Notes under the pieces: model-generated
Told to the model about the DNA's origin: nothing
Databases searched by the model: none
Seen by the model: the letters and a program-made list of their open reading frames with translations, nothing else
Shown here: positions 17,448 through 26,790 of the stretch, one piece after another
How positions within the stretch are numbered: position 1 is the first letter of the stretch
Layout: each line of letters starts with the position of its first letter
From: Candidatus Binataceae bacterium
GTDB taxonomy: Bacteria; Desulfobacterota; Binatia; Binatales; Binataceae
Direction: 5' to 3'
Assembly (NCBI GenBank): GCA_035524095.1
Contig: DATKPK010000189.1
Location: 2,334-66,333 of the forward strand
Length of the DNA: 64,000 nucleotides
Position numbers and translations under genes: made by a program

Positions 17448-20222
17448 CTATGCCTGAAGCAGCGAGCGGACGACGTAAGGGAGGACGCCGCCGTGACGGA
17501 TATAGGCAACGTCTTCGGGTGTATCGATACGCGCCAATACGTCAAACTCTTTCACGCTACCATTCTCCTCCGCCTTAACTTTGAGGAATTGGCGAGGCTT
17601 CAAGCCGGCGGCGAGGCCGGCAATCGAATAGCTCTCGCGTCCGCTGAGACCGAGGCTTTGGCGGCTCTGGCCGTTCACAAATTCCAGCGCCAATACGCCC
17701 ATCCCGACCAGATTGCTGCGATGGATACGCTCGAAGCTTTCGGCGATGACCGCCCGTACGCCGAGAAGTTGCGTGCCCTTGGCAGCCCAATCACGTGAAG
17801 AACCGGAGCCGTACTCTTTGCCGGCGATAACAATCAAGGGAACTTTGTCTTTCTGATAAGCCTCTGACGCCTCGAAAATGGTGGTGCGCTGGCCATCGGG
17901 GAGATGAACTGTGAAGCCGCCCTCGACGCCGGGAACGAGGAGATTCTTGAGCCGGATATTGGCGAAGGTCCCGCGCACCATCACCTCGTGATTACCGCGT
18001 CGGGCACCGTAGGAGTTGAAGTCCTTGGGCTGCACGCTATTGGCGATCAGGTAGCGGCCGGCGGGACTGTCGGCGGGAATCGAGCCTGCCGGAGAGATAT
18101 GGTCGGTAGTGACGCTATCGGTGAGCATCGCGAGCACGCGGGCGCCGGTGATATCGGTGACGGGGGCGACAGCGGGCGTAATTTCGTCGAGGAAGGGCGG
18201 CGCCTTGACGTAAGAGGACTGGCGATCCCATTGAAAGAGGTCGCCCGCAGGAATCTTTAAGCCGCGCCAGCGCTCGTCGCCCTCAAAGACCTGACCATAC
18301 TCCTCGCGAAACATCGCGGAGTTGACCGAATCGCCCATAGCCTCGTTGATTTCGCCGGTAGTCGGCCAGATATCACGCAAGTAGACGGGCTTGCCGTCTT
18401 TGCCCCGCCCGAGCGGTTCAACGTCGGGATCGATATCCATGGTACCGACGAGGGCGTAGGCGACCACGAGCGGCGGCGACGCTAGATAGTTGAAGCGGAC
18501 CACAGGATTGATACGGCCTTCGAAATTACGATTGCCGCTGAGAATCGCGCATGCGACGAGGTTGCCATTTTTCACTGCGCCCGCGATGGGCTCGGCGACC
18601 GGGCCGCTGTTGCCGATACAGGTCGTGCACCCGTAACCAACCAGATTGAAGCGCAACTGATCGAGATAGGGCATGAGGCCGGCGCGCTTCAAGTATTGGG
18701 TCACGACCTTGGAACCGGGGGCAAGACTGGTCTTGACCCAGGGCTTGGTACTGAGGCCACGTTCAACGGCTTTTTTCGCCAGCAGGCCAGCGGCGATCAA
18801 TACGGAAGGGTTCGAGGTGTTGGTGCAACTGGTGATCGCGGCAATCACCAGTGAGCCGTGATGAATCGGGAACGAAGTTGAGTCATGGGTGACGGTTTGA
18901 AAGCGGGTGATCGCGCCCAGGTCCTCGGGCGGAGCAACGCGCTCGTCGGGGGCGACGTCTGGGTCACCGCCTTCGCCGAGCCATCGCTCGATCGCTTTGG
19001 GGTCGGCACCTGAGCCGTTATGGCCTACGACTTCTTTCACTAACTCTTTGCGGAACTCACGCTTGGCCGCACTGAGCAGAACGCGGTCGTGTGGGCGGCG
19101 TGGACCGGCCAAGCTGGGACGTACTTCACCTAGGTCAAGTTGGAGCGTATCAGTGAAAATCGGATCGGGCGAGGCTTGCTCGCGGAAGAGTCCTTGCGCC
19201 TTGCAATAAGCCTCGATCAGATCGATCTGATGCTCGGCGCGGCCAGTCAACCGCAGGTAGGCGAGCGTTTGAGCGTCGACCGGGAAGAAGCCGATGGTCG
19301 CGCCATATTCCGGCGCCATATTGCCGATGGTTGCGCGATCGGCAACGGTCAGGCTGCCGAGGCCGTCGCCATAGAATTCAACGAACTTGTTGACTACGCC
19401 CTTGCGCCGCAACATCTGAGTGACGGTGAGGACGAGGTCAGTCGCAGTCGCGCCGGGCGGGAGGCTGCCGCTCAGCCGAAAGCCGATAACTTCGGGAATC
19501 AGGAGCGGACTCGAGCGGCCGAGCATCGCGACCTCAGCCTCGATACCGCCGACGCCCCATCCCACGACGCCGAGACCATTGACCATCGTGGTGTGAGAGT
19601 CGGTGCCGAAGACGCTATCTGGATAGGCTTCGTTTGAGGGCGAGACGAAGACCACTGGCGCGAGATATTCGATATTAACTTGATGGACGATACCGGTATC
19701 GGGTGGGACCACGCGGAAATTGGCGAAGGCGCCCTGGCCCCAGCGCAGAAATTGATAGCGCTCTTGGTTGCGCTCGAATTCGAGTTCGGCGTTGATGGCG
19801 AAAGAGTTGGGCAGGCCCGAAGAATCGACCTGCACTGAATGGTCGATCACCAGATCGACAGGTTGGAACGGATTGATCTTACCGGCATCACCACCCAGGC
19901 GTTTGATCGCCTCGCGGATCGCGGCAAGGTCAGCGACCACGGGTACGCCCGTGAAGTCCTGCAGCAGCACCCGCGCCGGCATGAAGGAGAACTCGCGCTC
20001 CGCACCCTTGCCGCCATTCCATTTGGCCAACGCCTCGATATGATCGGCGGTGATGAGTTCGCCATCTTCGCGGCGCAGCACATTTTCGAGCATCACCTTG
20101 ATGGAGAATGGCAGGCGGCTAATGTCGAAACCACGTTTCGCGAGGGCCGCTAGTGCATAAATGGTGTAATTCTTATCTCCAACGGCGAGCGTGGTGCGTG
20201 CGCCAAAACTGTCCTTGCTCAT
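17448..20222 (-). CDS. acnA: aconitate hydratase A
   Basis: 924 aa. Fe-S ligand and active-site blocks DSHTTMVNGLGVVGWGVGGIEAE, SCTNTSNP, CTTCIGNSG and the C-terminal swivel domain GKEYGSGSSRDWAAKG. Confidence 0.95.
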   Translation of the reverse strand: MSKDSFGARTTLAVGDKNYTIYALAALAKRGFDISRLPFSIKVMLENVLRREDGELITADHIEALAKWNGGKGAEREFSFMPARVLLQDFTGVPVVADLAAIREAIKRLGGDAGKINPFQPVDLVIDHSVQVDSSGLPNSFAINAELEFERNQERYQFLRWGQGAFANFRVVPPDTGIVHQVNIEYLAPVVFVSPSNEAYPDSVFGTDSHTTMVNGLGVVGWGVGGIEAEVAMLGRSSPLLIPEVIGFRLSGSLPPGATATDLVLTVTQMLRRKGVVNKFVEFYGDGLGSLTVADRATIGNMAPEYGATIGFFPVDAQTLAYLRLTGRAEHQIDLIEAYCKAQGLFREQASPDPIFTDTLQLDLGEVRPSLAGPRRPHDRVLLSAAKREFRKELVKEVVGHNGSGADPKAIERWLGEGGDPDVAPDERVAPPEDLGAITRFQTVTHDSTSFPIHHGSLVIAAITSCTNTSNPSVLIAAGLLAKKAVERGLSTKPWVKTSLAPGSKVVTQYLKRAGLMPYLDQLRFNLVGYGCTTCIGNSGPVAEPIAGAVKNGNLVACAILSGNRNFEGRINPVVRFNYLASPPLVVAYALVGTMDIDPDVEPLGRGKDGKPVYLRDIWPTTGEINEAMGDSVNSAMFREEYGQVFEGDERWRGLKIPAGDLFQWDRQSSYVKAPPFLDEITPAVAPVTDITGARVLAMLTDSVTTDHISPAGSIPADSPAGRYLIANSVQPKDFNSYGARRGNHEVMVRGTFANIRLKNLLVPGVEGGFTVHLPDGQRTTIFEASEAYQKDKVPLIVIAGKEYGSGSSRDWAAKGTQLLGVRAVIAESFERIHRSNLVGMGVLALEFVNGQSRQSLGLSGRESYSIAGLAAGLKPRQFLKVKAEENGSVKEFDVLARIDTPEDVAYIRHGGVLPYVVRSLLQA

Positions 20223-20446
20223 TGCTTGTGCTTTCTCCGGCTAGCGGCAATCAAGATTATCGGATCTCAGCGATCCGGCGATAAACTATCGCGTCGATTA
20301 ACCATCAAGATAGCGCGGGCGGACAGATGGGGAAACGATAGGCCCGAGAGGACGAGGACGCGCTCGTCTGAGTCTGCGAATGGACCTAAGAATCTGTGGT
20401 GCGACGACCTGCGTTAACTCGACCAACGGGCTCCTTGCCACATTGG

Positions 20447-20914
20447 TCATGGCAATTCGCGGAGGAGCCGGCCGCTGCTCTCGTAAAAATCTAAAGCCGC
20501 ATCGCCGTCGGAATCGACGCCGAGAAGGGTGCGCGGACGCGAATGGCTGTCGTAGAGCCGCAACGCCGGAACCTCGTCTGAGCTGACGTCGATCGCGACG
20601 CGCAAGGCGCCGTTCCGATCGGCCATCCGCAGCGCGACTTCATCCTGGCCGACGAAGCCGATACCGATTCGTGCCTTTCCGGCATGGTCCATCATCTCAA
20701 ACACAGGTTGGGCGTCGTCGTTGAGGTGAAGCACGGCGCGCTCGCCGCCCGCGGAATCAACCAGGACAATCTCCTGGGCCGCGATTCGCTTCGTTGGAGT
20801 TTCGGTTGCCGATGCGGGACTTGCATGAACACGGCTGGAGATGGAGCCGCCGAGGATTCCGCCGATGAGCGCGACCGCGAGATAGAGCCATTCTTTGCCC
20901 GTGATCCTGATCAT
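20447..20914 (-). CDS. hypothetical membrane-anchored protein with short internal repeats
   Basis: 155 aa. TM helix WLYLAVALIGGILGGSI, then about five degenerate ~20-aa units of the type L-x-D-x-x-G-x-x-R-x-x-L. No family recognised. Confidence 0.5.
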   Translation of the reverse strand: MIRITGKEWLYLAVALIGGILGGSISSRVHASPASATETPTKRIAAQEIVLVDSAGGERAVLHLNDDAQPVFEMMDHAGKARIGIGFVGQDEVALRMADRNGALRVAIDVSSDEVPALRLYDSHSRPRTLLGVDSDGDAALDFYESSGRLLRELP

Positions 20915-21014
20915 AGACCATTAGCACCTCACTTTAGAGCGTACCGTCGAGGCCGATCAGACAAAAGGCGCGCTGTGTGCCTAAGAAATTCCGGTTCGAA
21001 GACGGGAAAGTGAA

Positions 21015-21500
21015 TCACGCGGAGGGCGGGCGCATCGCGTAGATACGGGTGAGTGTGACCTCAATCGCGACGACGTTGCGTGGCTTGCCGCTGCGACCGG
21101 GACGTGCGGGACGCATGCTGTCCGGGATTTCGCGGGCGTGGCCGTAGACGATGGCAGCGGCGCCGTCGGCGCGCCAAGTCGTGAAGGCGACGTGGGGATT
21201 GCGAGCGATATCGATCCGGCGCACGGTGTTGTCGTAGATGACCAGGCGGAGCGTGGTGCCTTCGAGCGTCGCGTGGACAGGTGCGATATGCGGAAGCCCG
21301 CCGGCCCCGGTCGTCGCCATCGCGACCAGGCGTACACTTTGCCAGAACTCCACGAATTCGGCAGCCTTCATCTGGCGTTCGGGGTAAGCAACAGAATCTG
21401 CGACAGATGGCGTCGCGGTCGCGACACTGCGGTCGATCAATTCCTGGAGGGCGGTGAGGTCTGGCGCGTTGGAATGATTTTCGTTGATCGGTTGAGCCAT
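21015..21500 (-). CDS. pyridoxamine 5'-phosphate oxidase-like (split-barrel FMN-binding) family protein
   Basis: 161 aa. VRLVAMATTGAGGLPHIAPV...LRLVIYDNTVRRIDIARNPHVAF pattern typical of PNPOx-like proteins. ATG preceded by GAGGAT. Confidence 0.6.
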   Translation of the reverse strand: MAQPINENHSNAPDLTALQELIDRSVATATPSVADSVAYPERQMKAAEFVEFWQSVRLVAMATTGAGGLPHIAPVHATLEGTTLRLVIYDNTVRRIDIARNPHVAFTTWRADGAAAIVYGHAREIPDSMRPARPGRSGKPRNVVAIEVTLTRIYAMRPPSA

Positions 21501-21607
21501 AATATCCTCGCGTCATGCGATCATGCTCGCGGTCCAAGCGCCGCGCAATTCACTGTCCCTGAGATGGAATACTGCCAACTAAAGTGGCTCGCGGCCCATG
21601 CGATAAG

Positions 21608-22657
21608 TCAGGCGTGGCCGCGATACGGTTCGGTAGGGCTCGTGTGACGGCGGCGTTCGGGATGAGATTTGAAAACCCGGATCAAGTAGCGGTAGGACGG
21701 CAACAGAATCACCGAACCGGCGGCTAAAGCGCCTGCCAAAAGTTCCATAGTGATAGGTGGCGAGACGGAGTTGTAGATCGTGTTGTTCGTCGGAACGATG
21801 TAGGGAAATTGTGCAAAAGCCCAGCCCCACAGAATCATACCGACGTGGGCGGCAGCGAGTACGCGCGCGGCGTTGAAAAAGCGGCGCCAAAGACAATAGA
21901 TGGCGCCGACCCCAGCCAAGCCGTTGGCCCACATCAGAGGCCAAGTCCACTCGCGTCGAGTGAGACCCTCCCAGATGAGCGGGGCTTGGACCCTCGCCAG
22001 CAATAGAACAATCCCAGCGACGAGGCCGGCAAGAAATCCCGAAACGATACCGCGCCGGCGGAAATCGTCGCGCAACGCCTTGTCCGTGGTTTCCAATGGA
22101 GCGTAGCAGGCCGCTAGATACGCGAACAGGACGACAGTGAAGAGGCCGACCGACAGACCAAAAGGCGTCAACCACGGGAGAAAGAAGTCAGCAAGGTGCG
22201 ACGGATGGGACGGGACACGTGCGCCCGCGATAGCGCCGACGATGACGCCCAGCAATAACGGCGTAACTAAGCTGGCGACAGCGAAGAGGCGACCCCATTC
22301 GCGCTCGGCGAGATCGCCACCACCGCCGTAGCTGCGGAAGCTGAAAGCCGAGCCGCGCATCACGATTCCGACGAGTACCAAGGTCAGCGGGACGTGCAGG
22401 CCGATCATGATCCGGCTGAATGCAGGCGGGAAGGCGGTAAACAAAATCACGATGACCAGAATTAGCCATACATGATCGGCTTCCCAGATGGGGCCGATGG
22501 CCTCTTCGATGAGGTTACGCTGAAGATACGCGCGGGGGCCGGTGGCAAGAAGGTCCCAGACACCGCCGCCGTAATCAGCGCCCGCGGTCAGGACGTAAAT
22601 CGTCAGTGAGACGAGCAGCACACCAGATACAAAATAGGTCGCTAACGAGGAAATCAC
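21608..22657 (-). CDS. cydB: cytochrome bd ubiquinol oxidase subunit II
   Basis: Polytopic membrane protein directly after cydA. A GTG at 22657 overlaps the cydA stop (GTGA). The track ORF continues to 22729, but that extension overlaps cydA. ADYGGGVWDL near the N-terminus is typical of CydB. Confidence 0.85.
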   Translation of the reverse strand: MISSLATYFVSGVLLVSLTIYVLTAGADYGGGVWDLLATGPRAYLQRNLIEEAIGPIWEADHVWLILVIVILFTAFPPAFSRIMIGLHVPLTLVLVGIVMRGSAFSFRSYGGGGDLAEREWGRLFAVASLVTPLLLGVIVGAIAGARVPSHPSHLADFFLPWLTPFGLSVGLFTVVLFAYLAACYAPLETTDKALRDDFRRRGIVSGFLAGLVAGIVLLLARVQAPLIWEGLTRREWTWPLMWANGLAGVGAIYCLWRRFFNAARVLAAAHVGMILWGWAFAQFPYIVPTNNTIYNSVSPPITMELLAGALAAGSVILLPSYRYLIRVFKSHPERRRHTSPTEPYRGHA

Positions 22658-24003
22658 GCGACGAGAGCCCTCCGGCGCAGCATACGCGCGACTTCCTCGC
22701 TGTCTGGACTGCGCATCACGTGGCGCCACATCAGGCGCAGCACAGTAATCCCGAGGAAAATATAGAGCGAGGTGAAGAGGAACAGTTGGACCTCGAGGCC
22801 TGGCATCGGCGTGACGGCGTCACGCGTGAGCATGACGCGGTAGATAATCCAAGGCTGGCGGCCGACTTCGGTAACGACCCATCCGGCCTCGACCGCAATC
22901 AGGCCGAGCGGAGTGGCGGCGACCAAGGTTCGGAGAAACCAGGCTGAATCGAAAATCGTGTTTCGACGCCATAGCAACCATAGCGACCAGAGCGAAAGGG
23001 CGGCGAGTGCCATACCAGCGCCAACCATCACTTGAAAGGCCGCGTGGACCGCGAAAAGAGGCTGTGGCCAATCCTGCTGCGGGAAAGAGTCGAGTCCGGT
23101 CACGACCGCGTGGGGATCGTGGTAGGTCATAAGGCTCAGAAGATAAGGCAGCTCGATAGCGTAATCGAGGTGACGGGTTTCGGCATTGGGGATGCCGAGG
23201 ATAGCCAGCGGGGCCCCGGGCTGGGTCTCGAACAGGCCCTCGAAGGCGGCGAGCTTGAGCGGCTGGAGCCGCGCAACCGCACGGGCTGCAATGTCGCCGG
23301 AAAGCGGCTGCATCAATGAAGCAACGGCGCCCATGATAAGGGATATTTTGACCGCGCGCTGATGGAACGGGTTGCCACGGTCACGCAGAAGCATAAAGGA
23401 ATGGACCCCGGCCACGGCGAAGCCGGTCGCAGCGTAGGCGGCGATCGTCATATGCATGACTTCATGGAAGGCGGCAGGATTGGTGAGCGCGGCAATCGGA
23501 TTGATGTCGTATGGATGGCCGCGGCTATCGAGCTTGAAACCGACCGGAGTGTTCATCCAAGCGTTCGCCATCACGACGAAGACGCCGGAAATCATGCCGC
23601 TGAACGAGACGATATAACCGGCGGCGAGGTGGGCGCGCGCCGAGACGCGATCCCATCCGTACATGTAAAGACCGAGGAAAATCGCCTCTGTGAAGAAGGC
23701 GAAGCCTTCGAGCGAAAAGGGCATGCCGATGATCGCCCCAGCCCAATCCATGAAGTGAGGCCAGAGTAATCCAAGTTCGAAGCTGAGCACCGTTCCCGAG
23801 ACGGCGCCGACGGCGAAAAGGATCGCGGTGCCGGTCGCCCATCGGCGAGCGAGCAGGAGATAGACTTCGTCGCGCGTGCGGAGGTGGATCGTTTCCGCGA
23901 GAACCATCAGAAGCGGCATCGCGATACCCATGCACGAAAAGATGATGTGGAAGGCAAGCGAGATGCCCATCTGCGAGCGTGCGGCAATAATATTCGGCAG
24001 CAT
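22654..24003 (-). CDS. cydA: cytochrome bd ubiquinol oxidase subunit I
   Basis: 449 aa. AARSQMGISLAFHIIF N-terminus and GWVVTEVGRQPW near the C-terminus, both hallmark CydA blocks. Confidence 0.92.
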   Translation of the reverse strand: MLPNIIAARSQMGISLAFHIIFSCMGIAMPLLMVLAETIHLRTRDEVYLLLARRWATGTAILFAVGAVSGTVLSFELGLLWPHFMDWAGAIIGMPFSLEGFAFFTEAIFLGLYMYGWDRVSARAHLAAGYIVSFSGMISGVFVVMANAWMNTPVGFKLDSRGHPYDINPIAALTNPAAFHEVMHMTIAAYAATGFAVAGVHSFMLLRDRGNPFHQRAVKISLIMGAVASLMQPLSGDIAARAVARLQPLKLAAFEGLFETQPGAPLAILGIPNAETRHLDYAIELPYLLSLMTYHDPHAVVTGLDSFPQQDWPQPLFAVHAAFQVMVGAGMALAALSLWSLWLLWRRNTIFDSAWFLRTLVAATPLGLIAVEAGWVVTEVGRQPWIIYRVMLTRDAVTPMPGLEVQLFLFTSLYIFLGITVLRLMWRHVMRSPDSEEVARMLRRRALVA

Positions 24004-24036
24004 GCGGGATCCCCTAGAGGGAACGACGAAGCGGGG

Positions 24037-25290
24037 TCAGGTGACGGCGGAAGAGGCCAACAGGTTGGCCGCGGCGCGCGCGATATAAAGTTCTTCGTTG
24101 AGGGGGATGACCCAAAGGGCGATCGCTGAGCCGTCGGCGCTGAAGCAGCGCTCGCCAGAGTCAGGTGCTGTGTTACGCACTGGGTCAAAGTGGACGCCGA
24201 GCGCTTCGAGGCCAATACAGATACGCGCGCGCATCGGCGCCGAATGCTCGCCAATGCCACCGCCGAAGATGATCGCGTCAGCACGTCCAAGCGCTGCCAG
24301 ATAAGCGCCGATATACTTGCGCGCACGATAGCTGAACATCGTGAGGGCGAGTTCAGCAGCTTGGTCGGTGGAGGCCGCCTGCTCGAGCTCCCGCATGTCT
24401 TTCGAGCGTCCGGAGACGCCGAGGAGCCCCGACTCGAAGTTGAGCAACCGCTCGACCTGATCAGGATTCAGATGCTCGGCGCGGCCCAGGTAGCTAAGGA
24501 TCGCCGGATCAAGATCGCCGGAACGGGTTGCCATCATCAGGCCTTCGAGCGGCGTCAGCCCCATCGAAGTGTCCACCGAAACGCCTGCGCGGATCGCGGC
24601 GACTGAGCATCCGGCGCCTAGCTGCAGAGTGATCAGATTGATGGATGACGACGGCCGGCAACTTAATGCGGCGTAGCGCTCGAGCATCCAGGCATGACCG
24701 GGGCCGTGGAAACCGAAGCGGTGGATCCCGTGGCGCGTAGCCATTTCGCGGGGAATCGCATAGGTGCTGGCGTGCAAAGGGATGGTTCGGTGGAAGCTGG
24801 TGTCGGCGTAGACGATCGTCGGCAGATTGGGAAAAAGTTGCTGCACCGCGCGCAGCGTCTTGAGCGCGGGAGGATTGTGCAGCGGTGCGAAGCGGCTGGC
24901 GTCGTCGAGGGCCTCGAGTACGTCAGCGCTGGCGAAAGTGGGTCCGGTGACACGATCACCGCCATGCACGATTCGATGGGCGACGGCATCGAGAGCGAGA
25001 CTGTCGTCAGCGAGAGCGTCGAGGATTAAACGAGCAGCCTTGGCGTGGTCAGCGATGGACTCATCGCTATCGATCAGGGGCCTGCCGCGACGTTTAATGG
25101 TCAGGTGGGCGTTGGGTCCAAGGCGATCAGCGATCCCGTGAGCTATTGCCTGCCCATCGTGATGGCCGACCTCAAGTCTGATCAACTCAAACTTGAGCGA
25201 TGAGCTACCGCAATTGAAGACGAGGATGCGCAAACCGTGGCCTGATTTAATCCTTGCTGCCTTACACGGTAGCTGAGCGGGACCCGCCAA
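24037..25290 (-). CDS. ackA: acetate kinase
   Basis: ILVFNCGSSSLKFEL N-terminal ASKHA phosphate motif and FHGPGHAWM. Start uncertain (TTG at 25290 or TTG at 25233). Confidence 0.9.
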   Translation of the reverse strand: MAGPAQLPCKAARIKSGHGLRILVFNCGSSSLKFELIRLEVGHHDGQAIAHGIADRLGPNAHLTIKRRGRPLIDSDESIADHAKAARLILDALADDSLALDAVAHRIVHGGDRVTGPTFASADVLEALDDASRFAPLHNPPALKTLRAVQQLFPNLPTIVYADTSFHRTIPLHASTYAIPREMATRHGIHRFGFHGPGHAWMLERYAALSCRPSSSINLITLQLGAGCSVAAIRAGVSVDTSMGLTPLEGLMMATRSGDLDPAILSYLGRAEHLNPDQVERLLNFESGLLGVSGRSKDMRELEQAASTDQAAELALTMFSYRARKYIGAYLAALGRADAIIFGGGIGEHSAPMRARICIGLEALGVHFDPVRNTAPDSGERCFSADGSAIALWVIPLNEELYIARAAANLLASSAVT

Positions 25291-25629
25291 GCTAAGGGGA
25301 TCAGGAAATTGAGGTCGGCTAGCTTGAGGGGCTCGGGCGGGAGTTTAACGTGGCGTTCAGGTTCGCGAGACTTGCGAATATATCATCACATTTTGCTAGA
25401 CGCGCAATTGAAAGAGTGGTAGACACTAAGAAACACAGGTTAGATAGTTTCGACTAATTACGGGAAGCTCATCGGCGCTGTAGCTAAATAAAGGTGAGAT
25501 TGAAAGTATCGAATCAATCAAGCTTTCCCAAAACCCGATGCCGCCAAGTCCAGTTTTCAGCGGCAGCCAATCCGGGCAGCTAATTCTCGGTGCGTCGCAC
25601 GCACGGGAGTGAGCGGAATTAGCTGGCGA

Positions 25630-25664
25630 GGGCGGCGGCAACAGGTCCGCCGCCCTTGTATTTT
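25630..25664 (+). terminator. orphan rho-independent terminator-like hairpin (plus-strand orientation)
   Basis: Perfect 9-bp GC stem GGGCGGCGG (25630-25638) / CCGCCGCCC (25647-25655) with an 8-nt loop, followed by TTGTATTTT. On the minus strand no T-run follows. There is no plus-strand CDS upstream. Confidence 0.5.
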
Positions 25665-25732
25665 GACAAGACGATTCTCGGGGCTTTTGCCGTTCTGGCG
25701 TCGGGGCAGCTTGATTCGGCAAGGGATAGACG

Positions 25733-26629
25733 CTAGCGCTGGCCGCTCCAATCAGGACGAGAGACCGCGCGCCAACGCCGGCGAATCGCATCGAAATCGG
25801 CGGTCGGCAACCGTCCTGCGGTCAGCAAGGCGGCGTTTTGTTCCCATCGGTAAGGTCTGGTAGTGCCAACGATCGCGGTATGGACCCCGGGCACGCTTAA
25901 AGTGAAGCGGAGCGCGGTACCAACGGCTGTGGGAGATTCATCGCGCAGGAACGGATATTTCAGCTTGCGCAGGCGCTCCCAGTAAGGGCGCTCATAGGAG
26001 CCAATGCCCGATCGTGAGTAGATCCATGCGGCGTTCGCAAGTGGTCGCTTCGCGATGATGCCCATGTCGTGCGCGATTGCCAGCGGCAAAACAGAGTCCA
26101 AGGCATCCTGGTCAGCCACACTGATGGAGATTTGCAGTGTGTCGAAAATCCCCAATCCGACCGCATAAGCTGCGTTCTCACCGTCACCGCTGAAGCCGAT
26201 AAAGCGAGTATGGCCGCGGTCGCGAGCGGTGACCAAGGCCGCGATCAGATCGTCATTACGCATCGTGCCGGCGTCACATGAATGAAATTGGACGACGTCG
26301 AGATAATCAGTGCGAAGGCGGTGAAGGCTTTGTTCGATGCTGCGGGGGATGAGTTCCGGCGTCCATTCAAGGAATGGCAAGCCGGCGGAATGGCCGCACT
26401 TGGTCATCAGGTAGTATTCGGTCCGGCGTCCGCCGATCGCAGCGCCAATTAGTTCTTCGCTGTTGGCGTAACAAGCGGCTGTATCGACCAGGTTGAGACC
26501 GGCATCGAGGGCGGAGTTGAGTAACCGTGCAACAGTAGGAAGCGCAACGTTCTGATAGCCGATTTCGGACGCGCCGAAACCCAGCAGGGTCACTTCGAGG
26601 CCGGTTCGGCCGAGACGCCGCTTTTCCAT
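25733..26629 (-). CDS. aldo/keto reductase
   Basis: MEKRRLGRTGLEVTLLGFGA start and DTAACYANSEE block typical of AKRs. ATG at 26629 preferred over TTG at 26635. Confidence 0.88.
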   Translation of the reverse strand: MEKRRLGRTGLEVTLLGFGASEIGYQNVALPTVARLLNSALDAGLNLVDTAACYANSEELIGAAIGGRRTEYYLMTKCGHSAGLPFLEWTPELIPRSIEQSLHRLRTDYLDVVQFHSCDAGTMRNDDLIAALVTARDRGHTRFIGFSGDGENAAYAVGLGIFDTLQISISVADQDALDSVLPLAIAHDMGIIAKRPLANAAWIYSRSGIGSYERPYWERLRKLKYPFLRDESPTAVGTALRFTLSVPGVHTAIVGTTRPYRWEQNAALLTAGRLPTADFDAIRRRWRAVSRPDWSGQR

Positions 26630-26790
26630 TCGCAAAATTTAGCGCAAATTAGCCGGAGGCATCTATCGGAGTCGGAGAGGAGTATAGGAAGCCTGTCGCC
26701 ATTTGAGATCTAGCAAGAAGATTTTGCGGTTTTGGTGAAGATTTGCCATCAGAATCGTGTGTCAAAGACCAATTAAAACTGCTATAAAGC

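Noticed and set aside
21061-22175. Alternative-frame minus-strand ORFs (158 aa and 198 aa) overlapping the PNPOx-like and cydB genes
   Set aside because: They are Arg/Pro/Gly-rich out-of-frame translations. The chosen frames show family-typical motifs or membrane helices.
25368-25395. CRP/FNR-like site TGCGA-N8-TCACA upstream of ackA-cydAB
   Set aside because: The spacing is 8 nt rather than the 6 nt (CRP) or 4 nt (FNR) of the known consensus, and only one half-site is good. I treat it as chance.
25426-25791. 121-aa minus-strand ORF in the ackA / aldo-keto reductase gap
   Set aside because: It overlaps the 3' end of the reductase gene and runs through the AT-rich patch with odd composition. 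It has no ribosome-binding site or motif and is more likely non-coding.
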